Below are positions 1-8,984 of a stretch of 45,809 nt of DNA, piece after piece (the stretch's first letter is position 1; the number at the start of each line of letters is the position of its first letter). The stretch is from positions 1 through 45,809 of the IMG/VR virus record IMGVR_UViG_3300027740_000038. The stretch is one strand, 5' to 3'. Under the pieces are notes generated by a model. That model was not told the origin of the DNA. It did no database searches and saw only the letters and a program-made list of their open reading frames with translations. The DNA comes from a virus. Lineage: Duplodnaviria > Caudoviricetes. The position numbers and the translations under genes are program-made.

Positions 1-126
1 CAATACTGGCAAGCGATATGGGAGCTAAGACGGTCGCGGACTCATTCCATTACTGGCGATTATTTTTTCAAAACTCAACAATAGGACGTAATGCACGCTT
101 CTTCGCTGAGTACAAAAAAAAAAAAA
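1..126. repeat. Terminal direct repeat copy 1 (circular-assembly overlap)
   Basis: 1-126 is identical to 45664-45789; the sequence then ends in a poly-A run. Confidence 0.95.
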
Positions 127-184
127 GTAACACGCAGGTAAGACAGAAGTAAGACGATAACACGCATTTAAAAATCGTAACACG

Positions 185-721
185 ATGACAAACGAATCCA
201 ACATAATCGTTGACAAAATCGTACACAATAATATCACAGGCCCAAGCCCGTGTTACGAAAACGTAGAAAGTAACACAGAAAAAATTGACTCTAAACCAAT
301 CATCATCGATGATTTCACGAATATCCCCACAAAATCATTCCGTCCAATTTCCAACCCTGCAAAAAATCATATTGTTTTCAACGCGCTCAGAGAAACCGGC
401 CTCACTATTCCGCAAGCCGCAAAAGTTATCGGAGTAACAAAAGCCAACGGATATCTAATTGAGAAAAAAAAAGCAAAATCTATACTTGCGCCCTACACCG
501 CGCTTGCAAAAAAAGCGATAAAAAATATTGTGCAGGGGAAGCCCGTCGGAGCATCCGGACCACCAAAATGTTCTGATATTCTCACCGCAGGTGCTCAAAT
601 CCTGGATAGAGTCGAGCCGAAAATTAATCTCAATGAAAACAAAAGTTTATCCATTAACCTCGACATCACGGCTGACGAGCGGGAAGACATACGTCGCAGT
701 TTAGGGCTGGTAAGTCAATGA
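185..721 (+). CDS. HTH-containing protein, possible terminase small subunit
   Basis: HTH-like segment LTIPQAAKVIGVTKANGY; first gene of the packaging-side operon; size typical of TerS. Confidence 0.4.
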   Translation: MTNESNIIVDKIVHNNITGPSPCYENVESNTEKIDSKPIIIDDFTNIPTKSFRPISNPAKNHIVFNALRETGLTIPQAAKVIGVTKANGYLIEKKKAKSILAPYTALAKKAIKNIVQGKPVGASGPPKCSDILTAGAQILDRVEPKINLNENKSLSINLDITADEREDIRRSLGLVSQ

Positions 722-912
722 TTACAATGGGTTAGAGCCTACATAATACATATTATCGAGACAGCGATTATGTAAATCAGAGTATGAGTACTCATACACA
801 TGCACATGCACGCTCAGGTGGGAGGCAGGGGGGGTATGACAGTCAGATGGGCCGGGTAGGGGTAGATAGGGGAGGTATCCCTCACTCTTAATCCGCGCAT
901 TGATTTCAGATA

Positions 913-940
913 TTGCTTGACATAATGCGCATGGTATGAT
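913..940 (+). promoter_or_regulatory. sigma70-like promoter (TTGCTT ... TGgTATGAT, extended -10)
   Basis: Motif match just upstream of the ATG at 952. Confidence 0.4.
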
Positions 941-951
941 AAGCTCAATTC

Positions 952-1422
952 ATGTTTACCAAAGAGGAACTTGAGCGGAAATACTTAGTTGAGCATTTGA
1001 CGATGGCGGAGATAGCTAAAGAGCAGGGTACGACTCGACAGACGGTTTTGTATTACCTGAAGAAGTATGGGATTGACCGGAGTAAGGCTGAGAGGTTCGA
1101 GATTGAATGTTCTAATGTTGAATGCGGGAAGATGTTTCCGACTACGAGGAAGCGGTGGAGGGAGAGATTCCGGGGGTTTTGTTCTCCTGAGTGCTACTAT
1201 GCCAGCCGTCGTAATCCTGCTTATCGGGAGTGGCGGCAGGGTCAACGGATTGGCAGGATAGTAATGAGTGAGGAGCTTGGGAGACAGATTCTGGGTGATG
1301 AGGTTGTACATCATAAGGATGGGAATGACGGGAATAATGACAAGGGGAATTTGATGTTGTTTGAGAGTCATTCTGAGCATATGATTTATCATCATCGGTT
1401 GCAGCGGGAGGGATTGCCGTGA
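952..1422 (+). CDS. HNH endonuclease with N-terminal HTH and Cys-rich zinc finger
   Basis: VVHHKDGNDGNNDKGNL...HSEH HNH motif; CSNVEC...FCSPEC; LTMAEIAKEQGTTRQTV HTH. Confidence 0.85.
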   Translation: MFTKEELERKYLVEHLTMAEIAKEQGTTRQTVLYYLKKYGIDRSKAERFEIECSNVECGKMFPTTRKRWRERFRGFCSPECYYASRRNPAYREWRQGQRIGRIVMSEELGRQILGDEVVHHKDGNDGNNDKGNLMLFESHSEHMIYHHRLQREGLP

Positions 1423-1610
1423 GGTATTTATTTGCCTATGTAGACAAAAACAGATTTGAAAGAATAAAAGATAAGAATCACGCTATTTGTGCGGCGTTGT
1501 CTTTTGCCAGACGCAAGGGATTGGAGATTAAGGGTGAATGGGAAACTTTCACTGATTTGCCTTGTGATGATGGCAATTTGTATTCGGGATATAGGGTTGA
1601 GGTTATATAA
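1419..1610 (+). CDS. Hypothetical phage protein
   Basis: ORF overlaps the upstream stop (GTGA). Confidence 0.5.
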   Translation: MRYLFAYVDKNRFERIKDKNHAICAALSFARRKGLEIKGEWETFTDLPCDDGNLYSGYRVEVI

Positions 1611-1627
1611 ATGCCGATGAGGAACGC

Positions 1628-1807
1628 ATGAAACAACGTTATGTAGACCAATTTAAGAATTTCCCATCGAGTTCACATGATGACCATGTCGATGCAATAA
1701 GTTGGGTATTTATGCGTAGTCGTCGTAAGTGGCGTGTTTGGTTTCTTAGTGGTTTATTTTTCGTACTCTTTTTAATATTCTGGTATCTGAATCCACTACC
1801 ACTATAG
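1628..1807 (+). CDS. 59-aa ORF with a TerL-C-terminus-like motif (FPSSSHDDHVDA) and a C-terminal hydrophobic helix
   Basis: Own translation MKQRYVDQFKNFPSSSHDDHVDAISWVFMRSRRKWRVWFLSGLFFVLFLIFWYLNPLPL; GAGG upstream; below the ORF-track cutoff. Confidence 0.5.
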   Translation: MKQRYVDQFKNFPSSSHDDHVDAISWVFMRSRRKWRVWFLSGLFFVLFLIFWYLNPLPL

Positions 1808-1818
1808 GAAGGTGAAGA

Positions 1819-2001
1819 ATGGCAAAGCCTGATGCAAAGGCCCCCGTGGGGCAAGGTGGAAGATTTGCAGCAATGAAGAAAAAGTTGTCGGGGAAACCTA
1901 AAGTTACGAGTCCCGGCGGGTTAGCCGCCTATATTGGCAGGAAGAAATACGGCAAGACGGGATTCCAGGAGATGGCGGCAAAAGGAAAGAAGGGGAAATG
2001 A
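1819..2001 (+). CDS. Small basic phage protein
   Basis: Lys/Gly-rich; RBS AGGTG. Confidence 0.65.
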   Translation: MAKPDAKAPVGQGGRFAAMKKKLSGKPKVTSPGGLAAYIGRKKYGKTGFQEMAAKGKKGK

Positions 2002-2273
2002 GCACACTCGCTGATTTGGTTCGTGGGGGCAGGAAGAAACAGATTGATGAGGCCGTTGATGTACCGCCGTCCACACAGGCCGTTGCTCCACCGCCTGCAA
2101 AGGAAGAGGATGCGCTGCCTTCAGGTACTCCCGCTGATGAGAAGTGGGATGATTACTTGCAGCAATGGGTTCCGGTGGGGAAATGGATGAGTCCACAGGA
2201 GCATCGGAAGAAAGAGGAAAAGGCCCGGCAAGAGAAAGAAAAGCGCGGTGGATTTGCAGACGTGGTGAAATGA
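1998..2273 (+). CDS. Hypothetical protein
   Basis: ATGA coupling to the upstream ORF. Confidence 0.6.
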   Translation: MSTLADLVRGGRKKQIDEAVDVPPSTQAVAPPPAKEEDALPSGTPADEKWDDYLQQWVPVGKWMSPQEHRKKEEKARQEKEKRGGFADVVK

Positions 2274-2606
2274 TGGTTGAACTCCAAAATATCAAGACAG
2301 GGGATATGGAGTTCATTGAAAACTCTGATTTTCCTCAAAACGGAATATTTTTATTATCAAAGGAAATGTGTGATAAATATAAAAAAGCATTATCTGTAAA
2401 AATAAAAGAAAATAATGAAAATAAAATTCCATAAGATAAATAGAAAATTAAAGAAATGTTATCATTCTTTTTGGGGGGTTTATCTATTTAAACCTTGTAA
2501 GTGTGGATGTAATTTTGATACGGGGATTGGGTTGAATTTGGGTTGGTTCGGCATAACCTTTAGAAAGACATAAATCCGGGGGGTTTGTGGATGCGGCAAA
2601 GGGGAA

Positions 2607-2813
2607 ATGATAATGAATGATTGGGAAAACAAAGGTTGTAGTGCAGAGCCGGGCACTATTATTCGATATTTTGATGCTCCTCGTGTATCATCCTATAGAC
2701 TTGTAAAAAAAAGAGGGGAACTTATACTACAATTCTGTGATGATTTTATAATGATAGATGGACAATGGAAACCTCAATGGACGGATATTCCAACTGTCGA
2801 ATTGGAAGGATAA
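2607..2813 (+). CDS. Hypothetical protein
   Basis: RBS AGGGG; part of a run of small + ORFs. Confidence 0.5.
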   Translation: MIMNDWENKGCSAEPGTIIRYFDAPRVSSYRLVKKRGELILQFCDDFIMIDGQWKPQWTDIPTVELEG

Positions 2814-2982
2814 TGAACTGGCTTGACCTTGCTTTCGATAGAGCTACATGGCCTAAAAAGGAAAGAGATGCTTTTTATGCTCCATCTCTTAAATCATTTG
2901 ATGACCTGTTATATGAAATTTATTTACCCACTGTTTCAAAATATATGCTTGCGGAGGATTCAATAAAGGATGTTTTTACAAA

Positions 2983-3189
2983 ATGACCGATCTTGAGAAA
3001 TTCATACAACTTTATGAGTCTTTAGGAATTGAGTTAATTCCTAAAAACGGGAGCCCTTTTAATCCAGATAATTTTTATCTTTATCTTAATAATGGCGATA
3101 ACGATAAATTTGATGGGTATAGCGGTTTTTATTCAGACATAAAATTTGACAAAGATGGTAAATTCATAAAACAGGGGTTTTGGGAATGA
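2983..3189 (+). CDS. Hypothetical protein
   Basis: ATGA coupling; small-gene cluster. Confidence 0.55.
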   Translation: MTDLEKFIQLYESLGIELIPKNGSPFNPDNFYLYLNNGDNDKFDGYSGFYSDIKFDKDGKFIKQGFWE

Positions 3190-3283
3190 GCTTCAAAGAC
3201 ATAGTCAAACCGCTTTATAAGGGGAAGAAGGTCAAGGCCATCAAGATTCCCCGCGTGAAGATTAAGAAGAAGGTCCGGGTAAC

Positions 3284-3532
3284 GTGGGCATGAAGATTAT
3301 TGAAGATACACAACAGCCACCGAGGTTTCGTGATTTCGGCCCGGATAATAAAACAGACACTTTTTGGTTTTCTATTCCCAACTCTATGCCGGAAAAGTTC
3401 AAGGGGCCGTATTTTATGATTCGCATTACATATCTTGAAAAGATTGAGCATAATACCCCGGACGCCATGTTTAAATTACTTTCTATGAAAATAGATGCAG
3501 ACATTGCAGAAAGTAAGGTTGTGCAATTATGA
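3284..3532 (+). CDS. Hypothetical protein
   Basis: ORF in the small-gene cluster. Confidence 0.45.
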   Translation: MGMKIIEDTQQPPRFRDFGPDNKTDTFWFSIPNSMPEKFKGPYFMIRITYLEKIEHNTPDAMFKLLSMKIDADIAESKVVQL

Positions 3533-3865
3533 AATTAATTCATACAATAATTTCAAAAGAATTCCATTTGGAGATTTATGAAGATGAGTCTATAGTCATT
3601 TTGCAACTAAATAATAGTATCAGTTTACCCAGACAGGAAGCGATTGAATTGCGCAAATTATTGGAACAATTACACGATGCGCCAACTAAACTATGATTCG
3701 ATTCATTGCCGTGGAAATAGGAACCGATGAAATTCCACAACATAAAAAGTTAGTGGAAATGGATATGCAACTTCAAAAAAACGAATTTTACGGTAAAGTA
3801 GAATCGGAATATCAAAAAGGAAAACTCATTCGGGTGATTTTGCATCCGACTATAAAATTTTAATA

Positions 3866-4060
3866 ATGATAACAGAAGACAGAATAAAAAAAAGATTAGC
3901 ACAACTTGAAAAAAAATACGCTGAATTAGATGAAAATACGAAAAATTCATGGCCAAGAATTGATTCTCTTACAGATATAGAAAAATTGGAAAGACACAGA
4001 GAAAGGACTACAACTCAAATATTACAGTTAAAATGGATTTTAGGAGCATTTGATAAATAG
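3866..4060 (+). CDS. Hypothetical coiled-coil protein
   Basis: TAATG coupling; helical charge pattern. Confidence 0.5.
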   Translation: MITEDRIKKRLAQLEKKYAELDENTKNSWPRIDSLTDIEKLERHRERTTTQILQLKWILGAFDK

Positions 4061-4161
4061 TTTAGTCTGTCCGAAGTAGCTGTACTACAGCATCGGCAAC
4101 CCTCGGAGGAGTACGACTCGCCGAGGGGTCATTTAAAATAGTTTTGGCTACTGAAACAATC

Positions 4162-4203
4162 AGGGCCGTTTGTATCCTTCGGGATGCAGCGGCCCTTTTT
4201 TTT
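4162..4203 (+). terminator. Intrinsic terminator-like hairpin immediately upstream of terL
   Basis: AGGGCCGTTTGTATCC-TTCG-GGATGCAGCGGCCCT followed by a T-run. Confidence 0.7.
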
Positions 4204-4213
4204 GTTTAATCAC

Positions 4214-5770
4214 ATGGCGGAAGATAGAGAACTCATAGAGCTTGCAAAAATGATGAAGGTCAAGGCGGAAGATGACTTCTTCTACTTTGCCCATTATATT
4301 TGCGAGTTTGGGAAAAATCCCGACCAGAATGGCCCTCGCATTACTGAAGACCAGCACAGCCTTTGCAATCATCTTCAGGCGTTCTATAACAATCCCAACC
4401 CCGAAACGTGGCTGGCGCTCATCCTTACACCCCGCGATACGCTGAAATCAACCGTCCTTCAAGCCTTTGTCCTATGGATAATCATAAAAAATCCCGATGT
4501 GAGAATCCTTCTATATGCCGAGGTGCATGAACAGGCGCAGAAAAGACTTGCAGTTATAAAAAGGATAATCCAGCAGGCAAAACGATTCCGACTATGTTAC
4601 GGAGACCTGGATGGTAGTAAAAAAGGATTGCCGTGGAATGAAAATCTGTTTGTCTCCGCGCAAAGAAACAATACCGCTATCCGTGAAGGCACTGTTGAAA
4701 CTGCCGGACTCGATGTCGTCGTCAACTCCCGGCATTACGACTGGATGTTCCCTGATGATTTGCACAGCGAGAAGAATACTAAGACCAAAGACCAGATAGA
4801 AGAAGTAAAAGACCAGTTCAGAAATCTTCTGCCGTTAAAATCCAAAGGCGGGAAAATATGCGTTGCCGGAGTTTTTTGGAACGACTCCGATGTGCATACC
4901 TGGCTTAAAGACGAGAACAATCCCGAAATATTCCTGCAAAGCATTTATAAGGAAGACGGGATAACGCTGAATTATCCAACTGCCCTGCCGCAAAATGAAA
5001 TTGATTTGCGGAAAAAGACTCTTCGAGCCGATATGTTTTCCTGCCAGTATCTTTTGGACGCCGTGGCTGCGGACGCCTTTAAATTCAGGCGGGAATATTT
5101 TACCATAATCCCAAGAGCGCAATTCAGGAGCATCCGCAATTATCTGTTGATTGACCCCGCCGGAGACCCGACGGCTGAAACCGCTTCCAAACGCGATTCG
5201 GATTATGTAGGACAGGTTGTATGGGCGATGAATGCCGAACAGGACTGGATGCTGCTCGATGGATTTCACGGAAAAGTATCGCCGACCGAAGCCGTAGAAG
5301 AAGCCATGCTCTTTATTTTGAAGTATAAACCCTTTATTACCGGCGTTGAACGCGCCGGTATGGGAAATATGAAACATTACCTCAGTGAAGAAATGAGAAA
5401 GAAAGGAATGTATTCAACTATTGTTGATACAAAACCTGAAGGCCGATCCAAGACTCAAAGGGTCTTTGCTATGGAACCACAGGCACGAAGACGAAAAATG
5501 TATATCGCCGAGGAATGTCCGATTAAAGAGGATTTTATCGAGGAAGCTATCAGATTTCCAAAGGCAAAACACGATGATTTGATTGACCCCACAGCCTATA
5601 TGCTTGACCTGCTTCGTGATTACGGCACACCCGTACAAGACGATTCGGATGATGACGATGCAATCCCCGCCGACCTTGCGGGTTTAAATCAGATGTCCCG
5701 TGATTACTGGATGGCTATAAGAAAAAAAGAAAATCAAGTCGATAATTGGGTAGTGGAATTTTTTGCATAG
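4214..5770 (+). CDS. terL: Terminase large subunit
   Basis: Walker A variant LILTPRDTLKST, Walker B region MFPDDL, nuclease motifs LLIDPA and FPKAKHDDLID; start placed at the ATG after the terminator. Confidence 0.92.
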   Translation: MAEDRELIELAKMMKVKAEDDFFYFAHYICEFGKNPDQNGPRITEDQHSLCNHLQAFYNNPNPETWLALILTPRDTLKSTVLQAFVLWIIIKNPDVRILLYAEVHEQAQKRLAVIKRIIQQAKRFRLCYGDLDGSKKGLPWNENLFVSAQRNNTAIREGTVETAGLDVVVNSRHYDWMFPDDLHSEKNTKTKDQIEEVKDQFRNLLPLKSKGGKICVAGVFWNDSDVHTWLKDENNPEIFLQSIYKEDGITLNYPTALPQNEIDLRKKTLRADMFSCQYLLDAVAADAFKFRREYFTIIPRAQFRSIRNYLLIDPAGDPTAETASKRDSDYVGQVVWAMNAEQDWMLLDGFHGKVSPTEAVEEAMLFILKYKPFITGVERAGMGNMKHYLSEEMRKKGMYSTIVDTKPEGRSKTQRVFAMEPQARRRKMYIAEECPIKEDFIEEAIRFPKAKHDDLIDPTAYMLDLLRDYGTPVQDDSDDDDAIPADLAGLNQMSRDYWMAIRKKENQVDNWVVEFFA

Positions 5771-5776
5771 GAGACC

Positions 5777-6067
5777 ATGATGTTTGAATGCAAAGGATGT
5801 GCGGCAAGAGACATACAGATTCAGGATTTGCGTACGTGCCACGTGTGCGCGCAAAAAGACGTTATGATTGCCTTTCTCCGCGAACAACTCGTGCAGAAAG
5901 ATTCGCAGATAGCAGAATACAAACGCGAATACAAACGCGCCATTGACCGGGTGCTCGAAAAAGAAGGCGTACAGCCGGTGCGTGAGGAAGTTGGAGGCGA
6001 ACGCTCAATCGATATGGCCTCGATGCTGAATATATTCGAGGAAGTCCCGATAGGTGAAACAAAATAA
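5777..6067 (+). CDS. Small coiled-coil protein between TerL and portal
   Basis: RBS AGGAG; CxxC repeats; heptad pattern. Confidence 0.7.
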   Translation: MMFECKGCAARDIQIQDLRTCHVCAQKDVMIAFLREQLVQKDSQIAEYKREYKRAIDRVLEKEGVQPVREEVGGERSIDMASMLNIFEEVPIGETK

Positions 6068-8106
6068 TGGAAATACCTAACAACATGATGACGGGAATGA
6101 ATCCAGGTGCAATGCCCGATATGACTTCAGGAATGCCCCCTGTTACCGACAATATGATGGGACAGAGAACGCAATTCCCGGAAGATTCTGAAATCATCAA
6201 CGACATAAACAATGCGTTCGATAAATACAAGCACGGCAGGGCGAACTTTGAGTGCAACTGGTATCGTAACATTCTTTTCCGGCATGGCATCCAGTGGATA
6301 ATAATGGATGAGAAATCAAATTCCTGGCGAAAAATGAATCTTAAACCGTATGTCCCTAAACCGGTTACAAATAAATTTGCCGCAACCGGGGAACGTATAG
6401 CCTCCGTCCTGTCCCGTGTTGAACCGAATTGGAATTTCACTCCTGCAAGCGACAGCGAAATGGACATTATCACGGCAAAAACCTGTGATGATTTAGAACC
6501 CGTCATCTGCGAAGAAAATAATATCGAGAGATTGCGGGAAAAACAATCAAAATGGGTAACGTATACCGGAAACTGTTATTTTCTATCCGGCGTTGAAGCA
6601 AAAGAGAGCGGAGAACCGACTCTTTATACCGATGTTTACAGCCCGCTTGAAGTTTACGGCAATCTTACCATCGAAGACATAGACAATCAGGAGTCTTTGG
6701 TAATCGTTTGTCGAAAAGACAAGGGATATATCAAAAAGGCCTATGGTGTTGAGGTAAATGACAGCGAATCAAATGAACTGGGGCTTACTTTTCTTGAATC
6801 AATGGCTTTTACAACTCAGAATTCGTCTTCAACCTTCAGGGCGAACAGTAAAAGCCGGGGGGTTGTTATAAAAATAGGCATCTTCAGGCCGAATGAAAAA
6901 TATCCGAATGGATTGCTTGCCGTAATGGGAGATGGAAAGATATTAGATAAACGGGAATTGGATAAAACATCGGATGGAAAGACAATGTTCCCCGTGGAAC
7001 ACTTTAAATTTGATTCGGTTCCGGGGTCTGCTATCGGTTCCACTCCGATGCACGACATTATTTCCAAACAAGAACAATTAAATCGTCTCGATTCGATGAT
7101 TCTACTCATCATAATGAGAATGAGTTCTCCTGTTTGGCTTCTACCTGAAGGTACAATTGTAAAAAATTTCTCCGGCGAACCGGGAGCACAGATTAAGTAT
7201 CACTCGATGGGAGATAATAAGACCGCCCCTTCACGAGTAGCCGGAGAAAATATTCCGCATTCTGTTTTTGATTGGCGGGAGAACATAAATAAAGACATCG
7301 AAGAGCTTGCTAATACGTTTGAGGCCCTGAAAGGACAGACACCATACTCTGGTGCGCCGAATATCGCCATTGAGACCCTTATCGAACAGGGATTGACCCG
7401 TTTTGGCCCTACTCTCAGGGCAAATGCCGAGTCTTGGCGGCGTTGGATGAAGACTCAAATGGAACTTTTCAGGATTTACGGTATGGAACGTAAGTATGTA
7501 AGCAAGGGTGAGTCCTCTCAGTGGGAAATGAAGAGTTTTTCGGCGGCTAATTTCTCAGGGGCTATCAATGTACGGATAGAATCCGACTCTACCGTTCCGA
7601 GAAGTCAGCATATCAAGCAGACACGGCTTACCGGGGCTATCCAGGCCGGGATTATCGATATGAATGACCCTATGATACGCATGAAGGCCCTACAAGAGCT
7701 TAAATTGGAAGATTATGCGGGTGATTTGACGGCGGACGTGCTGGATGCAGTGCGGGAAAACGAATTATTGAAAACAATTGACCCGAATCAGGTAGGACAA
7801 ATGGAAATGATGGGGCAACCGCCGATAAAAGTCATTCCGTTCGTGCAAAACAACGTGGTTCATATTTCCAAACATCGTTTATTCGCCATAAGTCCTGAAG
7901 GCAAGCCATATCTGGACTTTTTGACCCGGCATATAGCGGAACACGACATGAATCAGCAGGCAATGATGAATACCGGCCTGCCGCCTCCGCCTCCGGGTGG
8001 TAATGGCGGCAAAACGATGAGCAACAAGGAAAGCAATGCGATTGCGCCGAAAGGCGGACAGATTCAGGCAGCAATTGCACCGGCTGAGAAGCAACCGACA
8101 CAGTAA
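6067..8106 (+). CDS. Portal protein (P22-like)
   Basis: 679 aa directly after TerL; Gln/Met/Pro-rich tail typical of podoviral portals. Confidence 0.85.
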   Translation: MEIPNNMMTGMNPGAMPDMTSGMPPVTDNMMGQRTQFPEDSEIINDINNAFDKYKHGRANFECNWYRNILFRHGIQWIIMDEKSNSWRKMNLKPYVPKPVTNKFAATGERIASVLSRVEPNWNFTPASDSEMDIITAKTCDDLEPVICEENNIERLREKQSKWVTYTGNCYFLSGVEAKESGEPTLYTDVYSPLEVYGNLTIEDIDNQESLVIVCRKDKGYIKKAYGVEVNDSESNELGLTFLESMAFTTQNSSSTFRANSKSRGVVIKIGIFRPNEKYPNGLLAVMGDGKILDKRELDKTSDGKTMFPVEHFKFDSVPGSAIGSTPMHDIISKQEQLNRLDSMILLIIMRMSSPVWLLPEGTIVKNFSGEPGAQIKYHSMGDNKTAPSRVAGENIPHSVFDWRENINKDIEELANTFEALKGQTPYSGAPNIAIETLIEQGLTRFGPTLRANAESWRRWMKTQMELFRIYGMERKYVSKGESSQWEMKSFSAANFSGAINVRIESDSTVPRSQHIKQTRLTGAIQAGIIDMNDPMIRMKALQELKLEDYAGDLTADVLDAVRENELLKTIDPNQVGQMEMMGQPPIKVIPFVQNNVVHISKHRLFAISPEGKPYLDFLTRHIAEHDMNQQAMMNTGLPPPPPGGNGGKTMSNKESNAIAPKGGQIQAAIAPAEKQPTQ

Positions 8107-8110
8107 GAGC

Positions 8111-8190
8111 CGTCTCCGGGCTTAATCGGGAGTAAATAGCGTCTCCGGCTTACGGGAGTAATCTAAGCGTCGCCTGCTTTGAAGGGCGTG
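8111..8190 (+). promoter_or_regulatory. Tandem CGTC-hairpin-GTAA motifs in the scaffold gene leader
   Basis: CGTCTCCGGGCTTAATCGGGAGTAA (8111-8135), CGTCTCCGGCTTACGGGAGTAA (8140-8161), degenerate third copy 8168-8190. Confidence 0.5.
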
Positions 8191-8198
8191 GAGGGAAT

Positions 8199-8972
8199 AT
8201 GGAAAATGAAAACGTAGTAACAGAAGGACAAGTTGGAGAATCCGGGAGTCAAACAAGTGAACAAGGGACAGGAGAGCAAACTTCGATACAACAGGGGCAA
8301 CAACCACAGGAGGATGGTCGTTTTATTCCCCGCGAACGATTTGACAAGGTCTATGGTCAATTTGCGGAGTATAAAAAGCTCGGTAAAATTCCCGACCTTC
8401 AAACCCGGTTGCAGAAGCTTGACGCATGGGAAAAAGCCGTTGAAGAACAAAGAAAACGCACTCAAGACGCCAACGGAGACCCGGAAATAGAGAATCAACT
8501 TTTTTCAAAAGTTCCGAAAATCAAGGCCGCTTTGGAAAAAATAGCGGAATTTGACAAGCGGTTTGAGAAATTCGGGACTTACGAACAGGGGCTTGCGGAA
8601 CTTCGTGAGCAAACCATCTCGCAAAGGATGGATAAAGCATCCACTTATTTTAGTGGTGAATTAAAAAAGGCCTATCCGAATATTACTTTGGACAAGAAAG
8701 ACCAGGATCGCATGGAGAAAATTATCTGGTACGATTTGTCGGCTGAACAACAGCAGGAATTCGCCAATGGAGATTTTTCATTCATTGACGACTTTATTGT
8801 CAACAATAAGGATTTCCTGTCAAGATTCGCACCGGCAAAATCAACTCCAAAGCCCTTTGTGAGATTGGGTAGTCAGGGAGCGCCGCAGCAAAGTGAAGTA
8901 GATATGAAATCAAAAACAATGTCTCAACTTGGAGACGTAGCATGGGAACACTTCAGGTCAGACACATCATAA
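8199..8972 (+). CDS. Capsid scaffolding protein
   Basis: Acidic disordered N-terminus, IPRERFDKV motif, coiled coil; located between portal and capsid genes. Confidence 0.75.
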   Translation: MENENVVTEGQVGESGSQTSEQGTGEQTSIQQGQQPQEDGRFIPRERFDKVYGQFAEYKKLGKIPDLQTRLQKLDAWEKAVEEQRKRTQDANGDPEIENQLFSKVPKIKAALEKIAEFDKRFEKFGTYEQGLAELREQTISQRMDKASTYFSGELKKAYPNITLDKKDQDRMEKIIWYDLSAEQQQEFANGDFSFIDDFIVNNKDFLSRFAPAKSTPKPFVRLGSQGAPQQSEVDMKSKTMSQLGDVAWEHFRSDTS

Positions 8973-8984
8973 GGAGAAACAGCG

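Noticed and set aside
5862-6506. 214-aa minus-strand ORF and similar antisense ORFs across the structural module
   Set aside because: Overlap well-supported plus-strand genes; no RBS or recognisable motifs
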